A stretch of DNA of 63,765 nt, counting the filler, from Collodictyon triciliatum (taxonomy: Eukaryota), in the NCBI GenBank assembly GCA_043381765.1. It is 7 parts of 7 records of this genome, joined end to end, with 100 filler letters (N's around TTAATTAATTAA, not from the genome) between each part and the next. Parts side by side here need not be neighbours in the genome. Positions count along the whole stretch, not along the records: positions 1 to 24,897 come from JBHJMP010000813.1; positions 24,998 to 32,466 come from JBHJMP010000816.1; 5 more parts are not named here. One strand, 5' to 3'. Shown here in pieces: positions 14,520 to 25,577 of this stretch. A program made the translations under genes and the position numbers. The notes under the pieces are model-generated. The model had not been told where the DNA came from, searched no databases, and was given only the letters and a program-made list of their open reading frames with translations. The stretch's first letter is position 1. Every line of letters starts with the position of its first letter.

Positions 14520-16297
14520 TCGTGATTTGGCCAAACAGAAAGAGGTTCTGGTGCAAAAAAAAATCATAAAAATCAACAAAGTATTGGCATTTTATTTCCA
14601 TGAGTAAAATTATAGAAAACTACTTAGAATTGTGCTCAATAACTCGAAAGCATGGGCCTCAGGTATGAAATACATCAGGTCGGGAGGATCTGCTCCTTCT
14701 AAATACTCTGGGACATCTGTGTAAGCTCCATCAATCCAGTCATCCTATCCATTTGATATTAATCGTGTTTATGGTTCTGCAAAAAAAAAAAAAATCATTT
14801 ATTCAATTCGAGAATGGTGTAATGAAAATTGAAAAATAAAACAGTAAACGTGCTATGAATTGAGCGAAGGGCAGTGAGGTTTAGCTATTCACATAAGGAA
14901 TTTAAAGTTACACTTGATCTGGGGCCAAATATCATCAAATGGAAACCGCTTCGCCAAATGAAATTTGGATCTGTAATTTTGGAAAGGACAACAATGGATA
15001 TGTAACCAATTCTGTGAAATAATCTAGTTAGTGTGTCTTTCAGACTGCTCCCTATTGTCAGGAAGATTGGGGATGACCAACAATCGATAATCTAGGATGA
15101 ATGTTAGATTGTTAGTGCCGACGAATGCAAACCATCTCGATAGATTACCATAATTTTATGAATGAAAAAAATGAATTGAAAGAAGATGTGATAACGACTA
15201 GGGAAGTTATCTTGTCGAAGACAATACCCTGCTGTAAATAGACATTATTGGTCTGAAGGTGTGGTGGTGTCTTATCATCTCGAGGTTTTCACCGCATCTT
15301 GTAAGAATTTCAATGATCTGGATGATATCTGATGCTATTTCTAATTCTTCCATCGGCCGTTCATCATCATTTGAATCTGTCTCAATATCACCCGAGTTTT
15401 CTTGCAGGATTTTGGCTGACATATGCCCAATATAATGTTGATAAATAAACAGACATTTAATTCAATGCGCATGAGAAAAGATGAAAAGATGAAGATATGC
15501 CATATTTAATGGAAGTAAAAGAGAGGGACTTTTATACTGAGTGAGGAAGCAAATAACTCTATGGAACGCACCATTTTTTCTGAAAAGAAATGCAAATTTC
15601 GTCATTTCATGGCAGATGGTCATGGGATGACCCTGGATTGCATTACTAGTTAAGCTCTCCGGTGGCTGCCAATTTTCAAAAGATCGTAGGAATTCTCTGG
15701 AGAAGATTCGGAATGAAGCAATTTTCTGGAGCAAGATTATTGTGTTTAAAATTTTGTATTGCTATTTTAACAAAATGTAAGGGGAATAAACCTTCAATCA
15801 ATAGAAACCCTTTATCAATACTAAGAGAAAAACACTTGGCAATACTTGTATTTATTATCACAAACTTCATCCCATGGCCGGGACTCTGCAAAGTGGCTGA
15901 ATGATTCGTACAGTCCTCTACGATCCGAACTATTTTGAATTGAAAATGATAATTATCGTCATGGAATGGTAACGTTGGAAGAACCATATTTGGTAATGAA
16001 TAGCATAACTTATTATTTAGCTTTCCTTTGTTTATCAACGCGACTTATTGATATATATATATATTGACCACGCGAGTTAGTTATTTATTAGGCACCAATA
16101 GAAACGAAATAGTGAACAAATAATCGGGAAGGAATTGGCTTAACCCACGGATAAAGGAACATTCGAAGAGTTGCGCAGTGCTCGCAGAATGAAAACTCTC
16201 CGAGATGGACTCCTTTTGGAGGGTCGCTCTCTGCCATTGGCACGCTCGTCAATTGTTGCGAGCCGAACTTGGATATTGCCTTCCGAAAGAGATTCAT
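116..16297 (-). CDS. BEACH-domain protein (neurobeachin/LRBA/NBEAL-like), multi-exon, 3'-partial (WD40 region would lie left of the window)
   Basis: Spliced GT-AG exons give classic BEACH motifs: [65 protein letters not shown] and VELPAWA. Also present are a PH-like [29 protein letters not shown], a ConA-like [14 protein letters not shown] and [13 protein letters not shown]. The start is probably [11 protein letters not shown] at 16297. Confidence 0.93.
2009..2118. repeat. (ACAAT)n microsatellite
   Basis: Tandem pentamer in an intron; source of the spurious CCIVVLLY ORFs. Confidence 0.95.
6211..6312. repeat. (AAAAT)n microsatellite
   Basis: Tandem pentamer in an intron. Confidence 0.95.
8068..8168. 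repeat. (TATG)n microsatellite
   Basis: Tandem tetramer in an intron. Confidence 0.95.
10827..10894. repeat. (TTA)n microsatellite
   Basis: Tandem trimer in an intron. Confidence 0.95.
13259..13530. repeat. Compound polypurine satellite (AGAGGAAAG)n-(AAAAG)n-(GGAAAGGAAAAA)n
   Basis: Three adjacent purine-only repeat units in an intron. Confidence 0.92.
14207..14515. repeat. (TATG)n microsatellite spanning a 100-N gap
   Basis: Tandem tetramer on both sides of the gap. Confidence 0.95.
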
Positions 16298-16876
16298 ATC
16301 CTACACTGCATGTGTGATTATTCAACGATTGTGCAAATGAGAGAAAGGTAACATAGCGAAAATGTAAAGGATACAGATATCTTTGAGTCGAATAATGAGG
16401 GGGAAATGAGGGTTTGTATGTGCGCAGGCATACAAGAAGAAAGAAAGACAATAAGTGAGGGATTAACGAATGCTGTAAATTTAAATAAGCCAGAAATTAG
16501 TCATGAATTAGTTCTGAAACCCGACCATTATCAAACCGTGAAAAGACCCAATAATTAATTATATTACATCCTAGGATATAGTGTGCCTTCATTTTTCACA
16601 GAAGTAAAAGCAATCCCTTCAATTATTGTATTTTTGTTGCTAGATCACAAAAACACAGACAAATGATTAAGCCAAAATGCAGACAGTTATAAGGCAAACA
16701 CGTTTGGTTGCAAACAAAACCAAAAAAGAAAAGAAAAAGTATTTGGCAACCAAGCCATAACCGTAGTTACAGTGTTCGCATTTTTGTGAAGGTGACCTGC
16801 TAGCAAAATAGTGTGGCTGAGCGCACGACAAATGGTTTTGAGGAATTGTGGTACGCTGTCGCGATGCAGATATACT

Positions 16877-17225
16877 GAAATAAAGAGGAAATAAAGAGGA
16901 AATAAAGAGGAAATAAAGAGGAAATAGAGAGGAAATAGAGAGGAAATAGAGAGGAAATAGAGAGGAAATAAAAAGGGCATATAGAGAAAGATGAGGAAGC
17001 AAAGAGAAAATGAAGAGAAAATGAAGAGAAAATGAAGAGAAAATGAAGAGGAAATAAAAAGGGCATATAGAGAAAGATGAGGAAGCAAAGAGAAAATGAA
17101 GAGAAAATGAAGAGAAAATGAAGAGAAAATGAAGAGAAAATGAAGAGAAAAAATAGAGGAAATGAAGAGGAAATGAAGAGGAAATGAAGAGGAAATGAAG
17201 AGGAAATGAAGAGGAAATGAAGAGA
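16877..17225. repeat. Compound 11-mer purine minisatellite with an internal block duplication
   Basis: GAAATAAAGAG/GAAATAGAGAG/GAAAATGAAGA units. The block GAGGAAATAAAAAGGGCATATAGAGAAAGATGAGGAAGCAAAGAG occurs twice. Confidence 0.9.
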
Positions 17226-17809
17226 CAGAGAGAACAGAGAGAAGACAAGAGAGGGAAAAGGAAGCGAGCACGGGAATAGGGAAAAAGAACGAGTTACAGC
17301 AAACGCCTCTGATCGAAGGGCTCTGATTTCGCTGATCTCTGTGTTCGTTGTTCTTCAAAAGCTGGGCGAGCGGAAGAAAACCAAAAGCAGTTCATGATGA
17401 CATATAAAGTGTTAATTCACAGAAAATCTTACATTCGTTTCCCAATCCAACTATACAATTGTGGAATTTACTGCGACCGAGTGACCAAACTCGAAAGTGG
17501 CTTTGTTCAGGTTTGCAACGAGAAGGAACATCGAAGAGAAGACCTTTGTCCAACAAAGAGTGCATCAGGAGTTGAGGAACCCGACTCTTCAAGTTGCTCT
17601 CCACAAGCAATCAGAAAGGACATTGTGCATAAAATCTGTATCCACTGCAAAGGAGACGAAATACATAAAAGAGAGAGAGAGGGGAAAAAATGTCAATAAT
17701 ACAAAGACTAGAAGGTGGAGCAGAAAGAACTGAACAGAAAGTACACCACCGCACTCAAATCGTACTTGTTTATGACTAATATGGTACTTTGCGGACTCGT
17801 GGTCCATAG

Positions 17810-20800
17810 ATGCGTGTCAAAGTGGAAGTTTCCCCTCATCTGCCTCTCCATGCCGAGCAGCAGAAGATATGGCTTTTGGTTCCCGATCATCTGAAGGTAT
17901 TTGTCCTTGACCAGCAAAGATTTCTACCAAGCTTAAGCTTATTTACTATCCATCTATACATGCGCGCTGCCGATTGCCGTTGTCTTTCTGTGGATATTAT
18001 GGCTGATTTCACTTATTCTTTTGCAATATGCCTAACGATATTAATGATAGCCTGATGTGTTGTGCTATATATTCGGAAGCGTTGTTCTGGGGAAGCTGTG
18101 ATATGTCTCAATATGTACAATCACAAACAAACTCATTCTCTTCTCTGCATCTCCATTAGCTCATCGGAGATTTGGCCCATATGATAACAGAAATAGTCGG
18201 ACTTCAGGATATGTGCCCCTTTGGCGTTGTTCTAACTGTTGATGGATTTGTTATTCCACACGCACAACCCATCGAAATCATCCGAGAAAACGATACAATT
18301 ATGTACAGAGTTCGTTAATTTATGTTATATATGAAATGATACTATATATGAAACATAAACTCTTTTATTTTATTATGTGTTTTATTCTCATCTCCTCTTC
18401 TGTGGTAAATAAAAAAAATCCGAAATGATGATAATTGGATGATAATTCTCTCGTCTTTCAAATACCTCAATATTTTGTTTGCAATTATGACTTTGATAGT
18501 GTGTCAAGACGCGTAGACGGGACCTTTACGCCTGAATCAGGCAAGAAAAGAAAACACGCTGCTCAAAAGGACTCCCGTAAGATTATATGTAATTAATGCA
18601 GTTTACATGACTAAGGATCACAAATTAAAAGTGAATGGCTTTCAACTATATCAATTATGCTGAATACCTGTCCCTTTTACTTCTACACAAACGTTTAGCG
18701 ACCCATCTTCTTTTTCTCTCCTTTTTTTCTTCATCCAGAAGCAGAAATCTCTTCTGCCCAAGTAATAACAACAACGCCACTTCAGAGTTCTGTGGAAAAG
18801 AAAAAGAAGAAGAAGACTCCAAAGGAAGATAATACATCAAATACCCCTTCCAATCCGACATTTCCTTCTCCAGTGGCCATGAAAGCTTCAGTTTCAAAGC
18901 CTGTGACTCCAGCTGTTACTGCAACGCCAGTTTCTCAGTCGAAGCACGATGTTGATGAGTCTGAAAGTGAATCGGATGGCAGCCCCCCAACGATAATGAA
19001 GTCTAATATCCCTGATTGTGATGATATGGACACTTCTCTCCAAAAACTCACCCGAAGACAAAAAAAGAACTTGGCGAAGAAAATCAAGAAAGGTGTCATA
19101 GATACACCAACAACAGTAGAAAAGACTGCCCGTGCCGAACCAAAAGCCCCCGCAACTGAAACCCCCAAAGCTATCCCCACAAATGCCGATAAGAAAGGAC
19201 CTCAAGAGATAAAGGAGAATGTAATGATTATTTTATCACAACAAATGTTGATTTATTTGCAATTCAGAATAGTTCGTGCACTATATATTTTAATTTAATT
19301 TTAGGATACAATTCATGTGAGTTATAATGGAAGGTTTTGTGATGTTTATAATACCCACATCGAAGTGTTCTCTTTTCTGGGGTGTATTACCTAATTTCAA
19401 AAATACATCTCCATATATATGTAATTAGTCGTCAACTCCTGTAATAAAGGAGGCCAAAAAAGCCTCTTCTGCAGCTCAAAAGAAGGAAGCTGATGTATCC
19501 CAACATAAACCAGTCCAAAAAAATGATGGTATACACAGTTAATTATTCGCAATTCAAAAATAAGTAAAATATCATAGCTGAGATACACTCCCCATAGCTT
19601 CTGAGATCACGTCTCATTAATCAATAATTTTTTTCCTTCATTTGATTCAAGGGAAGGAAGAGCTTTTAGATCATTAATCAAAATCTTAAATTCCAAAGCA
19701 AACAAGATAAATTTGGACAATGGAAAATTCGATCAGAAACCGAAGTCGTCTCCTAACCTTGTTCAGAAAGCACAAAACAGTGCAGCACAGGTAACTTGCT
19801 GAAGATATTCTGCATATAGTTGCATTTAATGGCTAATACGCATCAAATCTACTTGATTGTTTCTCCACAAATCCCTTGCACAATAATACCGAATACTGGG
19901 TGGATATTTTCATTAGCTTCCCCACAATAGGGAATAGTATCAACATTATCATAATTTCATTATCATACTGTTTGAAGCACACTTCTTTTTTTTTAAAAAA
20001 TCTAAGCCTCTTTCTTTTGAAGGAGGGGGGTTTATTCTTTAAACAAAAAAAGAAACACATTTCCCTATTGTAAAACGTGATTCCCAATAGGCCCCACGAA
20101 GCATTCCAGCGAAACATCAGCGCTACATAGGAGGGGATGACGACCAATTGGACAATCTCTCTTTCTTCTATGGGCCGTGTCCCAGGAACTATTCTAATTT
20201 CTCAGCGCTGTCTGAAGATCCAAAGGTATTTTTATACATTTGGATGTGGATGTAATATCATAGGTGTACACTTCATCCATCCATATATGAACAAAATCGT
20301 ACAAGAATTTCATAATTCTATATACGATTTCGTCGACTTTGATATACATACGTTGGTGGTTTGTTGTACTCAAAAAGAAAAATAATGGTGATGGTGACAA
20401 TCAGGCTGGTGATTTGATCGCTTACAAAATTGTGGAGCTAACAGCCGCAAAATGTCCTGAAGTATCATCATACAAGGTAAAGATTGCATGCTTATTTTCT
20501 TCATCTTACGAACCCTTCTTTTGATCATATCCCTGAATTTACACTACCTTACATATACGCTGCTTTATAGGAGGCTATTGTCACGCTCTTTGATAGCCGA
20601 ACAAGGACTATTACTTTGGAACCAAAGGGCTCTTGGAATCCTCGACCACCTACAGACGAAGAGCTATTCGAAGTGAGTGTCGAGAATAGACTCTTTTTTT
20701 ATTATTATTTCATAGGCCTCTCTTTCTGGTTGTTTAATTGCATTTTTTTTTTCAATTTTCGATTTAAATTTTTTTCCACATTCTCTACCGGACTGACCCC

Positions 20801-20971
20801 TTTAAACCACACAAACAAATTGTCAAGCGAGAAGGAAGCAACAATTCAAGTAACTATGTATTCCTTATTATTATTTAGTTTCTATCTTTCTTCGGAACGA
20901 ACCCGTCTACCCAATCTACGCTCGCTTTCGACGACATGATTGACGTCCTTCTGCTCGAAAGAGCGCAATAA
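17810..20971 (+). CDS. COIL: Coilin (Cajal body scaffold), multi-exon
   Basis: The spliced N-terminus MRVKVEV...KIWLLVP..|LIGDLAHMI...PFGVVLTVDGFVIP...IEIIRENDTI resembles the coilin N-terminal domain. A K/S/P-rich linker follows. The C-terminal Tudor-like region reads NYSNFSALSEDPK|AGDLIAYKIVELTAAKCPEVSSYK|EAIV, and the gene ends ...DMIDVLLLERAQ-TAA. Confidence 0.85.
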
Positions 20972-21624
20972 ATCGCTCCCCAACAGCCTGGCTGAGAGAG
21001 AGCCGCCCGCCAAAGGCGCCGAATGAATTTCCATATCTGGATAATATGTTGTTTACACCTTTTGAGGTTAAATTACTCTATATTACGTCATTATATAAGG
21101 CAAAGAATGTCTATAATTATTCATCCACATTTTTAGATTCCACCCACAAGCATTGCGCTAAGTTGTAGCAACGGCTTCTTTTTGTGGACGCTCCATTTTC
21201 TGGTTCACCGCTTTCACAATGCAAATCAAGCACGTCGGTCTGTTTGTATTTCCGCCAGGGTAACGGAATCGCGGCGATGCATCAGAAATCCAAAACAGAA
21301 CTGGCAAACCAAAAGTGATGAAAAGAAAAACAAGAAATAAATAATTAAAAAGAAAAAAAGAAAAAGAAAAAAAGAAAAAGAAAAAAAGAAAAAGAAAAAA
21401 AGAAAAAGAAAAAAAGAAATAGAAAAAAAGAAAAAGAAAAAGAAAAAGAAAAAAAGAAAAAGAAAAAGAAAAAAAGGGCAAGGATAATGACAAAACACAC
21501 CATTTTATCACACTCAGCGCAAAGGTCACGCGCGAGACGATCCAACCATAACTTTAAAGCAAGAGAAGTCGCACACCTTCGCAGTGAACTTGCTCAGTAG
21601 CCACTAGAGAAAGATTTTTGAGCC

Positions 21625-23089
21625 ATGTTTAGAAACACCTTTCAGTCAGGATTCTTGTCTATCCTGTACAGCATCGGGTATGATGTTCTATATGCGCCTT
21701 TCTCTCTTCTTCAGGGATATATAAGTGACTCATGCTTCGCCAGCAAGTTTTTTTTTTTTTTTAATAAAATGGATATTACCATCAGGAGCAAGCCTCTTCA
21801 GATCTGGGATAAGCAAGGTAACGCGAGGGAAACAGCCCCATGAAACTTCTATTCCATTAGATAGCTTATGAGTAATTGGGGAAAGATATGTGCATCCTTT
21901 TCTTTATTTTCATTATTCCTTTTATTCTGCGCATACATATATATGATTTTATTTACATCTAAAGCATCTATTTATACTGGATTGTTTTTGTGCATAAATC
22001 TACAGTGCGTAATGGCCATATCAAACGTATCACGGATCCTGATATCCAGTCCAGTGTTTTGGAGATCGCTGGAGCGAACGTTAGCACAAACTTCATAACG
22101 TGTCCTGCAGATCCGCAAAAAACTTTGGGGATTAAACTGCCTTTTCTCGTCATGATTATTAAAAACGTGAGTTTTATTCCCTCTCATTTCAATCCCGTCG
22201 TATTTCCCTTCGCATATTATTTGTAGACTTGGTCGTTATTTACATGTTGATAATATCTTTATGTTTATGCAACACGAGGAAGCAGTGAAGCTGAGATTTA
22301 TTTTCTTCCTTGGCAAATAAGAATATACATCCATTAAACAGTTAAAGAAATATTTCACCTTTGAAATCCAAGTCTTGGATGACAAGAATGTTCGAAGACG
22401 CTTCCGCGCATCTAACTATCAGGTTACACATAATTCATGAACATGAATGGGGGAAAACAAACACTTTATTTCAGCCATGAATAACTACCTCATCGTCCCC
22501 TCTGATATCAAATAATTACTTCAAATTTTAACAATAAAATGATTTCCCATCCTTCATTTACTTTCTTTCCTCTCGCATCATCCATGCTTCTTCAACAATA
22601 GCCTGTGAATTGGATTTTACTAACATATTCATACTTTACATCCCATGCATTTATTTGCACCAAAGTCCACAACAAGAGTGAAGCCCTTCATTTGTACCAT
22701 GCCCATGCGATTGGACGAGGGATGGAATCAAATTCAATTCAACCTTAGTGACTTTACCCGCCGTGCGTACGGGACAAACTACATCGAGACATTACGAGTA
22801 CAAATCCATGCAAACTGCCGCATTCGCCGCATTTACTTTTCTGATAGACTCTACTCTGAAGAGGAACTTCCCCCAGAGTTCAAGCTTTTCCTTCCGATAC
22901 AGGTGAAAATATCTCTTTCTTTTCTATTAGTAACACTAGTATGAAATAACATGTCGATAGCATCAGTTCGATATTATTATAGGTCTTATTTTGCTCACCA
23001 GATAGTCTTAAATACTTTTCTATGATCTAATTAGTAAATCATGTCTATTCTTATCTCATGTAATTCATTTGACATCACAGAAACAATAA
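21625..23089 (+). CDS. CFAP20: Cilia- and flagella-associated protein 20 (BUG22/GTL3), 6 exons
   Basis: [39 protein letters not shown]...[68 protein letters not shown]...[10 protein letters not shown], a near-invariant family sequence. Confidence 0.97.
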
Positions 23090-23862
23090 GGCGTGTCGCG
23101 CAGGCCGAGCCCGGAGACTCTTTTTCTTGTTATTCTTCGATTTTTCACACCGCTAGATTTTTGAAAAGTCCTACGAAGCAGTGCATCGAGAAATAAAGGA
23201 ACACCACGTCTCATTTTTTTTTTTTTTTTTTTGCGTTGCGATTATAAATATTGTTTCTCTGGTGATTATAATTAATTATTTTTTTTCTAAAAAAAAAAGA
23301 AGTAGAATTAAGTACTGGTACTGTACTTACCATTATGACGGAAATATACGTGAATTGTGACCGTGGGCTTAAAGAGGCGTGGGAAAGTTTCGTGGGTTAT
23401 CTCCCGTCACGTATTCACTCCTCCTTGGATACGCAGTTAATGAATAAGTCGGGTCGCCTGACCAAATCGCCATCACCGTTTATTCCTGTGGAGCCCCCGC
23501 TTCCCGCTAACAAATCTCATCTGATCCCTAACACGGACAGTTCACCCGCCACTTTATGGCTGTGCCTTCTACATATCGAATCAAAGGAAAAAAGAAAAGA
23601 AGAAAAAAGCGAGAGAAAACAAAGAGAGACGGTTGCGATGACATCTTATTCCGTTGGAGCAGTCTTCATGGCAGGAGAGTAAAAATGGGACTAAAAAAAA
23701 AAAAAAAAAGACTGGCAATTATTTTGTGCGTTTGGTTTGTAGAAAACCCGTGGTTAAATGAATAAAAAGAAAAACTTTCTGTGATTTATTTTTTTAACTA
23801 TAATGCGAGGGGGAAAAAAAAAGAGCCTTGGTTGACGACAAGGACACGCTCTAGTACATGCC

Positions 23863-24785
23863 TTAGGAATGCAGCGACCTTGCTTGTTGGTCTGCCTTTG
23901 TTTTCACCAAGGATTTGAGAATGGGAGGCAAGCTCTGGAATGTAGGCTTGTCGATCACTGCATAAGGAAAAGAGAAGAATTGAAGAGGAAATGCGCGATT
24001 CAGGATTTAGAGCGAAAGATATATACATATTTGATAAATGGATATCACACAAACCAGTGTCGTATTGGCCCAGAATGAATAGAAGACAAAACTCTGATAG
24101 TTGGTTTGCTTGTTGTAAATGGCTCGCCTAACCAGAAAGAATTAGCCACACAGTTATGGTAAGGACGAGAAAAACTATCCATACCACTGATAGAGTTATA
24201 TTTTTCTTGAAGAACTGGTAAATTGGTAAGCATATAATCTACCAGAAGCGAATAAAGGAATCTCTCTTCTTTTTTTTTTTAAAAAAAAAAACTCACGTAG
24301 AATATATCCGAAACGGATTCTTCTGTAATAAATTTAATAATAGCTCCTTCCACAAACTCTTTGAGCCTAGGGACTTTAAATCGGTGAGATGCTGCCAGCA
24401 AATCCAGCAGATCTCTTAGGTTCATATCGTCAATCTTAATAGAATCGCAGTACTATATATGTGGTAAATGAATATAAGAATCCTCCCATAGTGTAGGGTT
24501 GTCATAAAGACATGGTTCATCGACCGAGGGTTGGTCAGTTAGTCAATCTTAATACAAGGGCAATAAACGCTAAAAGCATATTCATACAAACCAGATATTC
24601 CATTAGAAACGTCATGATGTTGTAGCGGACGTTTTCAACAATAACCTCTTGAAGAGGTAAGAGCGCAGGATTGGCGCTGGAAGGACGTCGAGTTGTTACA
24701 GGACTAGATGCAGTGTTTGCAAGGCCCAATAAATCCTCGCATCTCGATTGAAGAATGATGCGGTGGACGTTGATTTTTCGTCCCT
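23863..24785 (-). CDS. BTB/POZ-BACK domain protein, C-terminal exons (5' part lost at scaffold end)
   Basis: EGRKINVHRIILQSRC...IMTFLMEYL|YCD...DLLAASHRFKVPRLKEFVEGAI...|ASHLQQANQLSEFCLLFI|...FQSLP is a typical BTB plus BACK pattern. Confidence 0.82.
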
Positions 24786-24897
24786 CTTTGTTTACGAGGA
24801 AAGGAAAGGAAAGGAAAGGAAAGGAAAGGAAAGGAAAGGAAAGGAAAGGAAAGGAAAGGAAAGGAAAGGAAAGGAAAGGAAAGGAAAGGAAAAGAAA

Positions 24898-24997
24898 NNN
24901 NNNNNNNNNNNNNNNNNNNNNNNNNNNNNNNNNNNNNNNNNTTAATTAATTAANNNNNNNNNNNNNNNNNNNNNNNNNNNNNNNNNNNNNNNNNNNN
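24898..24997. other. Artificial scaffold-joining spacer
   Basis: N44-TTAATTAATTAA-N44 (all-frame stop linker), identical at six sites. Confidence 0.97.
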
Positions 24998-25577
24998 CCC
25001 CACCTCCATCCAATCAATATCACCCGTCCCTTTTTTTTTTCATGCTCGCGGGACACTATCACGCGTCCCCAAAAGAAACCCATGCGTCTCTTATCAAGCC
25101 TCAAGGACCTCTCTTTTCCTTTTTTTTTTTCCATTTATCTTTATCCCTGTTTTTCTTTTTCTATCTCCCACACATCCCCATCTACTTTGGAACTACTTGC
25201 CTGATGGTTGAATGAAAAATTGTTGAGACGGGCTCAACAGCTAATGTTAAGATTAAAAAATATTTCCAAAAACAACCTTTTTCAAGCGAATAAGGTTAAA
25301 AATTCAAATAATTACATATATCGCTTTAATTTTTTATGTAAATATAAGATTTTGTGAGGCTCTTAAGAGTAATCTTGATGGAATTCTATAGAAGCCTTGA
25401 ATTCTGCATTTTCAATTACATATTCTAATAAATTCAAAACTAGTAGAGTACCAATTGGGTTTGTAAAGTGAAAAAATTACAGTTAACGAAAGGTTTAAAA
25501 AAATAAATGGACTCTCTAAATATTGTATCTTTTTTTAAAAGCAACCACATTTTTTTTTATTTCTCCAGTATCCCTGA

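Noticed and set aside
16877-17225. Repeat array with interspersed blocks, superficially CRISPR-like
   Set aside because: Low-complexity purine 11-mers; the interspersed blocks are identical duplicates rather than unique spacers; no cas genes; eukaryotic context.
17432-17644. Minus-strand frame FYAQCPF-TGA-LLVESNL resembling a CxxU selenoprotein motif
   Set aside because: No plausible in-frame start without overlapping coilin exon 1, the downstream sequence does not fit a thioredoxin/GST fold, and no SECIS was recognised.
23325-23333. TACTTACC resembling the U1 snRNA 5' end
   Set aside because: No U1 stem-loop I or Sm site follows; it is simply the complement of a GGTAAGTA donor.
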